DNA of 64,000 bases from an uncultured bacterium (GTDB lineage: Bacteria > SAR324 > NAC60-12). The position numbers and the translations under genes are program-made. This document shows positions 28,361-37,065 of the stretch, piece by piece. Location of the stretch: positions 1 through 64,000 of the forward strand of contig CBFIJD010000005.1 in the NCBI GenBank assembly GCA_965662845.1, read 5' to 3'. Position 1 is the stretch's first letter. Every line of letters starts with the position of its first letter. A model generated the notes under the pieces. That model saw only the letters and a list, made by a program, of their open reading frames with translations, had not been told where the DNA came from and ran no database searches.

Positions 28361-29884
28361 TTGAATCGTAAATCTCGTCACAAGCGACTCGTTCCTCAGC
28401 AGCAAGTGAACGTGAGTCCTGCGCCGTTACGTCGACCAGGAGTGGTTCTAGCGGAAGCAAACCCTGCGCACGATTTGGCGTCAGCCCGAAACCACGCGCT
28501 GGTGGATCTTGAGGCGAATCGCCGGTTGTTCGCTTACGAAGAGAAAGTGAAGAGCGCGTTTGACAACGTGATTCCTGCGCTGAAGAAGATCTCTGTCATT
28601 CGTCATGATGGCGATTTTGAAAGGCAGGCCCAACGGATTGCCGAAGCAGAGCTGGGGTTTCGGCTCCCAGATTGGATTCTGGAAAACGTGTGGGTGAGTA
28701 AGCTAGATATGCAGCAGCTGTTCGCGTGGTCTATTTTTGAGACTTATCACCACTTTGCGAACCAATTTTATCGGGAGCAGCCATTGCAGGCCGCTGACGA
28801 TCATGAGTTCGAAGAGTTTGTGAGATTCTGCGGATTTCATGCGGTTGACATCACTCCTTGTGCAGACGGTCGCTTAGCTCATCTCATCAGTTATGTTTTG
28901 CGGTTACCGGATCAGTATGTGCGACGTAAGTCTTACGCTGGCGCTTTGTTTGACATTGAAAAAAATACGCAAAAGTGGGTGGAGGTTGAAATGTTGCGTC
29001 TCCGCAAAGCGCAACAAGATCCTACGCCAGAATCAACTAGATACTTAAAAGGGATCGCGTACCACTTCAGTTCCCGTGACCCCGAACATGAAGGTTGTGC
29101 TGCGCACGGTTCAGACACTTTAAAAGCAGCGCAAGCAGGGCTCAATCGTTTGCTTAGTTTTCAAGAAGCTGTGGAGAACAGCTTTGGCCGAGGCGCCTCG
29201 ATTGACTTGCTGTTGATGGGGCTAGATACCGACACAGACGCGATTCGGATTCATTTACCTGACGCCCAAGGTGACTTGTCGTTGCAACGCTTTGTGGACT
29301 GTATGGAACTATACGAAGCCACACAGGAGCTGTCGTTTCATCAAGCAGAACATCACCTGAAAAATGTGATTCTCGAAGTTTCACCAGAAATCGGGGATGG
29401 GATGCTCCGTTTCGTAAGTTACTTGATATTTAATAATTTTGATCAGATTGACTATGTAAGATCGTATCATGGTCATTATTACTCCGATATTGGTCACGCG
29501 GAGCGCTTCATTGGCGCGGGGGTTGGATTCAAAGAAATTCAGCTGCGGAACCTAATGTACTTTTCATATTTGAGTACGGTAGAAGAGGCGGCACAAGACT
29601 TAGATGTTGGGATTAAGATTTTCACTCATCTCAATCTCTCCAAGAGTTTACCGATCCCTGTGGTAGTGCGCTTTGACTATCATGGCCATGTGCCTGGGGC
29701 GAGAGACCGTGCAGTGGAGAAATGTCAACGAGTGGTTGCCGCAATCAATAGTCGTTATGCCGAACTCGCTCATACAGGGAAGCTACATACGCTCGAGGTC
29801 GTTAGAGATTGTCGGAGTAATGCGCCGCTAGAGATCCTGAATTGCAGTATCCGAGGTGGTGTCGAAGTAGGGAATTACGAATGA
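28361..29884 (+). CDS. csoS3: carboxysome shell carbonic anhydrase CsoSCA (CsoS3)
   Basis: 507 aa; beta-CA-like active-site motifs 'CADGRLAH' (CxDxR) and 'EGCAAHGSD' (HxxC); position after csoS2. Confidence 0.9.
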   Translation: MNRKSRHKRLVPQQQVNVSPAPLRRPGVVLAEANPAHDLASARNHALVDLEANRRLFAYEEKVKSAFDNVIPALKKISVIRHDGDFERQAQRIAEAELGFRLPDWILENVWVSKLDMQQLFAWSIFETYHHFANQFYREQPLQAADDHEFEEFVRFCGFHAVDITPCADGRLAHLISYVLRLPDQYVRRKSYAGALFDIEKNTQKWVEVEMLRLRKAQQDPTPESTRYLKGIAYHFSSRDPEHEGCAAHGSDTLKAAQAGLNRLLSFQEAVENSFGRGASIDLLLMGLDTDTDAIRIHLPDAQGDLSLQRFVDCMELYEATQELSFHQAEHHLKNVILEVSPEIGDGMLRFVSYLIFNNFDQIDYVRSYHGHYYSDIGHAERFIGAGVGFKEIQLRNLMYFSYLSTVEEAAQDLDVGIKIFTHLNLSKSLPIPVVVRFDYHGHVPGARDRAVEKCQRVVAAINSRYAELAHTGKLHTLEVVRDCRSNAPLEILNCSIRGGVEVGNYE

Positions 29885-30150
29885 AAATCTGCCAAGTTGA
29901 GAAACAGTTAGTATCGACCAATCGCATCGCTAGTTTTGAGCACAAACATCTCCTAGTTGTCAGAGATGGATCGACCCAACTTGTCGCTGTAGACGCAGTT
30001 GGGTGTAGAGTAGGAGATTGGGTGATTTGTGTGGGGAGCTCAGCGGCGAGAGAGGCGGCTGGTAGCAAAGAATATCCAAGTGATTTAACGATCGTCGGTA
30101 TTATCGATCACTGGCCTCCTGAAGAGGAAAAGAGCGAACCAACGGGTTAA
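29881..30150 (+). CDS. csoS4A: carboxysome vertex (pentamer) protein CsoS4A (EutN/CcmL family)
   Basis: 'MKICQVEKQLVSTNRI...AVDAVG...GSSAAREA' is typical of CcmL/EutN; ATGA overlap with the csoSCA stop. Confidence 0.9.
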   Translation: MKICQVEKQLVSTNRIASFEHKHLLVVRDGSTQLVAVDAVGCRVGDWVICVGSSAAREAAGSKEYPSDLTIVGIIDHWPPEEEKSEPTG

Positions 30151-30152
30151 TT

Positions 30153-30398
30153 ATGGAAATCTTTCAAGTGGAGAGATCACTCTTTTGTACCTGTCGCATT
30201 GACGGCCTGAAACAGATCAGCTTGCGTGTCCTTCGAGATAGCCGAGGACGGCGACAAGTCGCTGTGGATCCTGTGGGGGTCCGTCAGGGGAATTGGGTCT
30301 TTACTGTCAATGGTTCCGCAGCGCGTTATGCCGCAGGAGATTTCAAAATTTTAACCGACTTAACTATCGGTGGTATTATCGATAATTGGGAAACCTGA
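30153..30398 (+). CDS. csoS4B: carboxysome vertex protein CsoS4B (EutN/CcmL family)
   Basis: 81-aa EutN/CcmL-family protein directly after csoS4A. Confidence 0.9.
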   Translation: MEIFQVERSLFCTCRIDGLKQISLRVLRDSRGRRQVAVDPVGVRQGNWVFTVNGSAARYAAGDFKILTDLTIGGIIDNWET

Positions 30399-30456
30399 GA
30401 ATCTTGTTCAGGTAGTTGATTTTAATATTACTCATTGTGTTAATCAGGAGGTTTGA

Positions 30457-30747
30457 ATGGCAACAGAAAGCTATGGAATTGCGTTAGGGATGATCGAGAC
30501 GCGCGGACTTGTGCCGGCAATTGAAGCCGCAGATGCAATGACAAAAGCCGCCGAGGTGCGTTTGATTGGTCGTGAATTTGTCGGTGGGGGGTATGTGACT
30601 GTCCTCGTTCGCGGGGAAACCGGCGCTGTAAACGCTGCTGTGCGCGCAGGAGCAGACGCTTGTGAACGAGTGGGAGATGGGTTGGTCGCGGCTCATATTA
30701 TCGCTCGCCCACACCGCGAAGTGGAGCCCGTCCTTGGCAATAAGTAA
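30457..30747 (+). CDS. csoS1: carboxysome shell hexamer protein CsoS1 (BMC-H), copy 1
   Basis: '[29 protein letters not shown]...[12 protein letters not shown]' is a canonical BMC domain. Confidence 0.95.
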   Translation: MATESYGIALGMIETRGLVPAIEAADAMTKAAEVRLIGREFVGGGYVTVLVRGETGAVNAAVRAGADACERVGDGLVAAHIIARPHREVEPVLGNK

Positions 30748-30805
30748 TTCTTACTTGTGACGCTGACGAACTGAATTTTATCAATTTCGAAAAAGAGAGA
30801 ATACC

Positions 30806-31117
30806 ATGTCGAATGAATACGGAATCGCGCTGGGAATGATTGAGACACGCGGATTAGTCCCCGCAATTGAAGCCGCAGATGCGATGACAAAAGCTGCCGA
30901 GGTACGCTTGATTGGTCGTGAGTTTGTCGGTGGGGGATATGTGACCGTTCTAGTCCGTGGGGAAACCGGCGCCGTAAACGCCGCTGTGCGCGCAGGGGCA
31001 GACGCTTGTGAGCGGGTTGGAGATGGTTTAGTAGCCGCGCACATTATCGCCCGCCCACACCGTGAAGTAGAACCTGTCTTGCCGACAAGTGAAATCAGTT
31101 CCTCTAAGGTCTCTTGA
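30806..31117 (+). CDS. csoS1: carboxysome shell hexamer protein CsoS1 (BMC-H), copy 2, with a short C-terminal extension
   Basis: Protein identical to copy 1 over the BMC core while the DNA differs at many synonymous sites; C-terminal tail '[11 protein letters not shown]'. Confidence 0.95.
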   Translation: MSNEYGIALGMIETRGLVPAIEAADAMTKAAEVRLIGREFVGGGYVTVLVRGETGAVNAAVRAGADACERVGDGLVAAHIIARPHREVEPVLPTSEISSSKVS

Positions 31118-31147
31118 TTTGTTTCTGAACGGTAGAGTGAGGTTAGA

Positions 31148-31636
31148 GTGATGATTTCTGCTCATACAGATGCCCTTGTTTTAGGGTATCTAGGCCGAGC
31201 CTTAAGTCTGGCATTCTCTGCCGTTCAGTTATACACCACTCATGCTCAATTAGTCGCATACTGGGGGTTTCGCAAAGAAGCGGACGACTTCTCCACCATC
31301 GTGCAAACTGAGATCAAGCACACCGAGCGCATTACTGCTCGGATGATCTCTCTGGGGGTGGCGCCAAACGCATCACAATTGCGGACGGTTCCATTAGGAG
31401 AAAGTCTTACAGCGCTGATGAAGCTTGGCATACAACTTCAACAAGAACAGGTGGGCTTCTATGCGGAAGCAGAGAGTTATTGTCACAAACAAAACTTTGA
31501 AAATGACAGAATTTTCTTTGCTCAAATTTTGGAAGAAAAACAGCGTGATCTCCAAGAGTTGGAGACCTGGTTTCACTCACTGCGTCCTGTAAAGTCCAAG
31601 CAACAGACTGGAAAGTCTCGCCGAAGTTTCGAGTGA
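31148..31636 (+). CDS. bacterioferritin-like (ferritin-like domain) protein of alpha-carboxysome loci
   Basis: 162-aa four-helix ferritin-like protein; conserved position after csoS1 genes, as in proteobacterial cso operons. Confidence 0.75.
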   Translation: MMISAHTDALVLGYLGRALSLAFSAVQLYTTHAQLVAYWGFRKEADDFSTIVQTEIKHTERITARMISLGVAPNASQLRTVPLGESLTALMKLGIQLQQEQVGFYAEAESYCHKQNFENDRIFFAQILEEKQRDLQELETWFHSLRPVKSKQQTGKSRRSFE

Positions 31637-31660
31637 TTTTTCGCCACACTACGAGGATTT

Positions 31661-31915
31661 GTGATGAATTCTTGGAAGGAACGTAAGCGGCCAAACCGAT
31701 TGGAAGGACGCTACGAATTTTCAAACTATGAGAGCTTACGAGACTTCTTAGACCGAGCTGCTGAAATCTCAGAGGCAGAGGGCTTTTACCCAGATCTTGG
31801 ATTTGGAAAAGACTATGTGAATGTGACCATTCACGCCGAACAACCCGACTCAGAATTGAACGAACAGCAACGAGAATTTGCGAACAAGCTAGACCAATTA
31901 TTTGCCGCAAACTAG
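31661..31915 (+). CDS. pterin-4a-carbinolamine dehydratase-like protein (alpha-carboxysome RuBisCO assembly factor, acRAF)
   Basis: 84-aa PCD/DCoH-like fold ('YEFSNYESLRDFLDRAAEISEAEGFYPDLGFGKDYVNVTI'); conserved position in cso operons. Confidence 0.8.
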   Translation: MMNSWKERKRPNRLEGRYEFSNYESLRDFLDRAAEISEAEGFYPDLGFGKDYVNVTIHAEQPDSELNEQQREFANKLDQLFAAN

Positions 31916-31959
31916 ACGTACATTCCGTTGAATAATTTCCTTGTAAAGATGGGCGCCCG

Positions 31960-32181
31960 ATGAATACGCAAGAGAAAGCCACGCCAGAAGAATCACCGGT
32001 TGAAAATCAGAAAACCGCCGCGACTACTGCGTTAAAGTCTTCTGCTACCGAAGCAAGAGCGACAGACTCCGGTGTAGGAACTGTGGTCTCAACTAGCCAG
32101 CCCGCGACAGGAGAGGGTGAGCCAGCAAAGAAGACGCTGACAGGCGCTTTTCCGCGTCGTCCTCGTGTATGGCCAGATTAA
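31960..32181 (+). CDS. small intrinsically disordered protein (possible McdB-like), uncertain
   Basis: 73-aa low-complexity T/A/S/E/K-rich ORF ending '...RRPRVWPD' (Trp near the C-terminus); weak RBS; sits where mcdA-mcdB lie in proteobacterial cso loci. Confidence 0.3.
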   Translation: MNTQEKATPEESPVENQKTAATTALKSSATEARATDSGVGTVVSTSQPATGEGEPAKKTLTGAFPRRPRVWPD

Positions 32182-32300
32182 AGTAAACTACAAAAGACTG
32201 CGAAAGTAACGCCCCCAGCCTGCTAACAGAAGCCAGATTTTGGCTGCCCTCCATAAAACTTGGATTGCCTCGATCCACTTGTTTCGATGATGTCGTCTCG

Positions 32301-32891
32301 CTAGAGTGTCGCGCCTGTGTAGTCCTCATATCGAGGGGCACGTACTTGTAGTTTTCGGGTTTTCTCCAGCATTCGATAAGTAGAGCGGTTGTTGTTGAAT
32401 CGCAAAGTTTGATGAAGCGGAACCCAGATAACTTGATGCGACTCGTCATTGCCGGGTACAGGCAAACTCGGATCAATTTCCACCAAAAATCGAATATCAA
32501 AATGCTCATGACGCGCATCGTCGGGGGTGGGTTCGATGGTGTGAATGTCCACATCAAATAAGGCGTCACTTATGAGGCGAATGGAGTCTTGTGGCAGCCC
32601 GGTCTCTTCCGAAGTTTCTTTCAAAGCGACCTTCACAATGTCGGCATCTCCATCGGCGTGACCTCCAGGCTGGAACCATTGACCTAGCTTTTTATGGTGC
32701 AACAAAAGCACATGCTGTCGATCTGGGCTGACAACCCAAGCAGAGCCCGTGACATGACCGATGTGAAGCTCTCGATCAAAACAATCTTCATGCTGCTGGA
32801 CAAAAGCGAGTGCCCGCGCCACATACGCAGCCTCGTCCATAAAGCGAGTGTGATAGTCGCTGAGTAAGCTTAATAATTGAAGCCGATGCAT
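32301..32891 (-). CDS. NUDIX hydrolase
   Basis: Nudix box 'GGHADGDADIVKVALKETSEETGL'; last gene of the sulP-csoS1D-nudix operon (5-nt gap to csoS1D). Confidence 0.8.
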   Translation of the reverse strand: MHRLQLLSLLSDYHTRFMDEAAYVARALAFVQQHEDCFDRELHIGHVTGSAWVVSPDRQHVLLLHHKKLGQWFQPGGHADGDADIVKVALKETSEETGLPQDSIRLISDALFDVDIHTIEPTPDDARHEHFDIRFLVEIDPSLPVPGNDESHQVIWVPLHQTLRFNNNRSTYRMLEKTRKLQVRAPRYEDYTGATL

Positions 32892-32896
32892 AGCGA

Positions 32897-33511
32897 TTAA
32901 GTCCCTGATGGATTGTTGACTGCTACAGTTGCTGCTTGCGCGGCCTCATCAATAGCACCTTCTCTCCCTGCTAAAATAAGTCGTCCAAAGGCTCCTACCG
33001 CTCTGACGTCAATCAAAGAAATATCAGCTGCTTTTTCCGCTTGGTTTGCCGCATATACAATATATCCAGCAGGCTCTGTTTCTAAAATAAACATGCTCTG
33101 GCCGGGTAAGATCATATTTCCCCGTCGATCTTGACGATTAATGAGCACAGTATGATCTGGGGTCATACCTCGGATCGTTTCTTTCCATGCAATCTTGCAC
33201 GCCTGACGATCGGACTGTGTGGCTCCCATCGCAGAAAGAATGGCTCGCCCTGCCTCCACGACATCGCTTTGATCTCGCTGATGAATCACCATGGAGCCAT
33301 AAGCGCGCTCTACAACCTGCTGCGCCAAGTGAACACGAGTGGCTTTGAGCGCGCGGTCGGTGAGTCGATGAACTGCCATCCCCGGAGAAACTTCAACCCA
33401 AAGACAAGCATCACCAGGCACGGGAAGAAAGCCCTGAGAAGCTGTTGAGATGTAAGCGGCTAGTTGGGGTTGAAGCGCGTCAATGTAAACATAAGTACGC
33501 AAGCGGATCAT
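32897..33511 (-). CDS. csoS1D: tandem permuted-BMC-domain shell protein CsoS1D (CcmP-like pseudohexamer)
   Basis: '[55 protein letters not shown]' closely parallels the CcmP/CsoS1D N-terminus; 204 aa with two permuted BMC domains. Confidence 0.8.
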   Translation of the reverse strand: MIRLRTYVYIDALQPQLAAYISTASQGFLPVPGDACLWVEVSPGMAVHRLTDRALKATRVHLAQQVVERAYGSMVIHQRDQSDVVEAGRAILSAMGATQSDRQACKIAWKETIRGMTPDHTVLINRQDRRGNMILPGQSMFILETEPAGYIVYAANQAEKAADISLIDVRAVGAFGRLILAGREGAIDEAAQAATVAVNNPSGT

Positions 33512-33519
33512 ACAGTGCT

Positions 33520-35163
33520 CTATGATAAAATAATGTTGGCTCTTTCCAGCGCTTCTTGTCGGGTTGTGAGAATATTTTGTTCGCCAACTTGCTGCAAAAT
33601 TCCCATCTTCTCTAAACGCTGACGAACACTGGGCTGCAATCCGACGACAAAGACAGGGCGTGATTTCTCTAAATCTTCTAAGATCATTTGTTCAATTGCA
33701 AGAGATGAGGAGACTCCTAGCAAGGGCACTTCTGTAAAGTCTACAATGAGGACTTGATGATCCGTTAAGATAGCATACTGTCTCGATATCGCTTTAGCGA
33801 CTCCAAATATTAGAGGGCCTCCCAACGCAAAGACTAATACTTTCCCTTGCGCCTGCTCCATCAAAACTTGTTCATCTTTCGTCAGCCGATGTGAGCTGTT
33901 GTGATCTCGGATCGCTTCTAACGATTGAGACTGTATCTCGACCATCCGCTCTATGGTCAACAAATTCGCGATAAATACTCCAATGGCAACGGCTGTGATT
34001 AAATCAACAAACACGGTCAGTAAGATCACACCATACATCATCAGCGCTGCACGAGTCGAGACGTGATGTGCTCGCTTGAGAAACGACCAGTCGATGATGT
34101 CCATCCCGACCTTAATCGCGATTCCTGCGAGTACTGCGAGTGGTATATGCGCGGTTAGCTTAGCCGCCCAGAGCAGCACAATTAAAAGAATGAGTGCTCG
34201 CGTAATACCAGAGAGCGCGGAGCGTGCGCCAGCTTGGATGTTGACAACGGTTCCCATCGTTGCGCCAGCTCCGGGAATGCCTCCAAATAAGCCTGCGAAT
34301 AGATTACCGATGCCCTGCCCAAGCAGCTCTTTATCCGAGTTGCTTTGTCGTTGTGTCAGGTTTTCAGCGATGACAGAGGTCAATAATGCGTCAATACTAC
34401 CCAGCACCGCTAGCATGATTGCATCCACAACCATGCTTTGCCATTGGTCTAAGGAAAAGTACGGCAGTTGTAATTCTGGTAATCCCATTGGGATGGGGCC
34501 GATTTGACGAATGCTTTGCCCTTGTAAAAACCAAACGGCGACTAACGTCGCCACAACGAGCGCGACTAATTGAGGAGGTAAGTATCGTCCCCATGTCTTC
34601 GGAAAAAAGATGATGAGGCTAAAAGTTAAGACAGCGAGGGCGGTCTCTGCAGGATTGATCGCGGCGATGAGATCGGGTAAGGAGCTGATCGTTCCAATGA
34701 CACCTCCCGGAGGGGGGGCTTGTCCTAAGATGGGGCCTAGTTGCAGGATGATTAAAATCACGCCAATCCCCGTCATAAATCCAGAGATGACGGTGTAAGG
34801 CATCATCGTGACATAGCGGCCTAGCTTGAGCGCGCCGAAGATCATTTGGAATACTCCGGCGAGCATGACGACCGTGAAGGCCATCGCCATGCCCTGCTCA
34901 GGATCTGCCGCGATTAAACTGGCAATCACGGCCGTGATGATGACCGTCATCGGGCCGGTCGGTTCGGATATTAAGGTGGGAGTGCTGCCAAACAAAGTCG
35001 CAAACAGCCCCACGAGGACAGCCCCGTAAAGACCAGCCGCTGGGCCTGCTCCTGACGCGACCCCAAACGCTAATGCCATTGGAAGGGCAATGATTGCTGC
35101 GGTGACTCCGCCAAAAATGTCTCCCCGAAGATTGTCAAACCGGATCTCATTCAACAGCTGCAT
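33520..35163 (-). CDS. SulP-family anion transporter with C-terminal STAS domain (BicA-like candidate bicarbonate transporter)
   Basis: 547 aa; sulfate-transporter TM core plus STAS ('[19 protein letters not shown]...'); 8 nt upstream of csoS1D; GAGGGGGA RBS. Confidence 0.85.
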   Translation of the reverse strand: MQLLNEIRFDNLRGDIFGGVTAAIIALPMALAFGVASGAGPAAGLYGAVLVGLFATLFGSTPTLISEPTGPMTVIITAVIASLIAADPEQGMAMAFTVVMLAGVFQMIFGALKLGRYVTMMPYTVISGFMTGIGVILIILQLGPILGQAPPPGGVIGTISSLPDLIAAINPAETALAVLTFSLIIFFPKTWGRYLPPQLVALVVATLVAVWFLQGQSIRQIGPIPMGLPELQLPYFSLDQWQSMVVDAIMLAVLGSIDALLTSVIAENLTQRQSNSDKELLGQGIGNLFAGLFGGIPGAGATMGTVVNIQAGARSALSGITRALILLIVLLWAAKLTAHIPLAVLAGIAIKVGMDIIDWSFLKRAHHVSTRAALMMYGVILLTVFVDLITAVAIGVFIANLLTIERMVEIQSQSLEAIRDHNSSHRLTKDEQVLMEQAQGKVLVFALGGPLIFGVAKAISRQYAILTDHQVLIVDFTEVPLLGVSSSLAIEQMILEDLEKSRPVFVVGLQPSVRQRLEKMGILQQVGEQNILTTRQEALERANIILS

Positions 35164-35349
35164 TTCATGTCCCCCTCTTCGACGTTTAGATGCTCTTTTT
35201 TTATTATTTCTGTGTTCTATATCGCCGCTATTAAATATTTCTGCAACGATAGATTTCGGATTTTAATGCTCAAATACAGACGTTTGATCGATTTACCAAC
35301 TTAAATTTGAACCAAGGCACGGTCTTTAGATTTCGTTAAAAACATTGCG

Positions 35350-35359
35350 TTGACTAAAG
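35350..35359 (+). promoter_or_regulatory. TTGACTAAAG motif in the sulP upstream region (shared with the cbbL upstream region)
   Basis: Identical 10-mer at 23830-23839; AAATTTGAC and GATTTTCAGG elements also recur in both AT-rich leaders. Confidence 0.3.
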
Positions 35360-35570
35360 CGGTATCAAGGCAATTTTAGCATGAAATTTGACGCCGCTCA
35401 TCGCAGCAAGATTTCAGTAGATTTTCAGGGGCGACGGAGGGGGATAGTTTGTTGTCCTTGCGGACGAGCGCCGAGCCGCGGGAACGGTTCGACGCTTTTT
35501 CGGGGGTGGGCTCTAATCTCGCAGCGATCTCGACGCGTGCGGCCTTTGAGGTCGCCGGATTTTGCGTGTT

Positions 35571-36452
35571 TCAGGAGGCCGCTTGCCGCCAATCGTCGAT
35601 GTCCTCCCGCAGCCCTTCAAGGGTGCTGGCTTTGAGCGGTTCTGAGAGAGAGAGCCTTAGGAACTCTTCTTCGCGGTTCCATTGATCGACCTCGCCAGTG
35701 TGGGCAAACACGACCAACTCATCGGTGTCTACTACGCCCACGCTGATTCCCTGCTCTCCCGGTTGAGTCCAGAGCAGCGTGTCTTCTACTTTCTGAATGC
35801 GTTGGGTGACTTCCTCAATCAGTTGCAAGACCTGCATCAAAAGCTGGTCTCGAGGCGCGTTGTTGATGCCTGCTAGCGCCTGCTGGAGCTCGGTGCGTGC
35901 CTGCTCTTCGTTGACGTCTTCACTGAGGGCGCAGCTCCAAACTTCATGGGCCCCCCCTGCAGAAGCATACCGAACGGTCAACCAGGCGCGTTCCAGTCCG
36001 CCCATGCTCCGAATGTCTTCAAACTGCACCAACACATCGAGCACGCGTTCGATCCCGAAGGGGCCTTCGGGCAGCTCATGCCGCCACACTCCTTGCCGCT
36101 CTGTGGCCGCAAAAGGAAATTGTTCATAGAGGACACGGAAGAGCACTTCGAAGTGCTCGCGCGCGCGCTGTCGCAGACCATATTGATAGGTCTCCCCGTG
36201 GTGCAAGCGCTGTAAGTGGGTACGGACGGCCTCATGTTCTTCTGCTGGCAAATGCGGAGCACAGTGCTCCCAGTGGACTTCGGGGGCGTAGTGCTGCTCC
36301 ATGTATTCTGGAACCGAGATACGAAAGAGCGGGGCAGCATCGGCGTCATTGCCAGAGAGCACAATCCACTCTTGGTGCATTAGCATTTCCAGTAGCGCGC
36401 GTTCTGCGACGTGTTGCTGTTGGGGAGTCAAATCAAAAAAAGAGACAGGCAT
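35571..36452 (-). CDS. hypothetical protein
   Basis: Long ORF with coding-like composition; no recognisable domain; start set at MPVSFFD. Confidence 0.45.
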   Translation of the reverse strand: MPVSFFDLTPQQQHVAERALLEMLMHQEWIVLSGNDADAAPLFRISVPEYMEQHYAPEVHWEHCAPHLPAEEHEAVRTHLQRLHHGETYQYGLRQRAREHFEVLFRVLYEQFPFAATERQGVWRHELPEGPFGIERVLDVLVQFEDIRSMGGLERAWLTVRYASAGGAHEVWSCALSEDVNEEQARTELQQALAGINNAPRDQLLMQVLQLIEEVTQRIQKVEDTLLWTQPGEQGISVGVVDTDELVVFAHTGEVDQWNREEEFLRLSLSEPLKASTLEGLREDIDDWRQAAS

Positions 36453-36489
36453 GAGAATCGATTGCAAAAGACGGTTGGAAAGAAGGCCT

Positions 36490-37053
36490 TTACTTGACGG
36501 AGGGAGTGACAGGCTGATGATAGACGGCATGAGAGCGCAACTGAGAGAGATACATTTGGTCGATGACTTGTAAGTGCCGACGTTCTTGCTGCAGGGCTGC
36601 TCCTGTGCCCTCGAAGCGAACCAGCGCTCTCTGAAACGCCGCTAGATGTTGCACGCCGCGCAGGCGTTGCCACCAGCGGGCGTTTTGCTGAACGCGATAC
36701 ATTGTCTTCCAGAGTTGCTCGTGCTCCTGACGCAGCCGCAAGAACTTCTGTTGGTCATTTTGCCAACGATGCCGCAACTGATTTTCCCAGCGCAGCAGCT
36801 GTTCTTCGTGTTGCTCCAGCGCGGCTCGTTGCGCTTCGTCAATGTGGGCGCCTTGCGCTTGCAAGTGATCCAGCAGCTCGTTGACTTGGCGCAACGCTTG
36901 GGATTCTGGCACGGACTCCTGTGGAAAAATCGCGAGCGGATCTCGGCTGAACAGCCAACGCAGGAACCACACCGCTAACACCACAGCGGCGATCAACAGG
37001 AGAATGAAGCCGTAAATAGAGACACGAAAGGCGACGTCGACCCATGCTTCCAT
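36490..37053 (-). CDS. membrane-anchored coiled-coil hypothetical protein
   Basis: N-terminal TM ('IYGFILLLIAAVVLAVWFL') followed by Q/R/E-rich heptad-like sequence. Confidence 0.45.
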   Translation of the reverse strand: MEAWVDVAFRVSIYGFILLLIAAVVLAVWFLRWLFSRDPLAIFPQESVPESQALRQVNELLDHLQAQGAHIDEAQRAALEQHEEQLLRWENQLRHRWQNDQQKFLRLRQEHEQLWKTMYRVQQNARWWQRLRGVQHLAAFQRALVRFEGTGAALQQERRHLQVIDQMYLSQLRSHAVYHQPVTPSVK

Positions 37054-37065
37054 GCGGGGTTTTTC

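Noticed and set aside
30457-31117. Possible assembly duplication artefact of csoS1.
   Set aside because: The copies differ at many synonymous positions and in their termini, so they are genuine paralogs.
33520-35163. SulP as a plain sulfate permease unrelated to the carboxysome.
   Set aside because: Tight operonic coupling to csoS1D (8-nt spacer) and the shared leader motifs with cbbL argue for a CCM role. The substrate remains unproven.
35381-35635. 84-aa + strand ORF starting at the AAATTTGAC motif in the sulP leader.
   Set aside because: The Arg/Cys/Pro-rich translation is typical of GC-rich non-coding frames. It is more likely a regulatory or antisense region than a protein.
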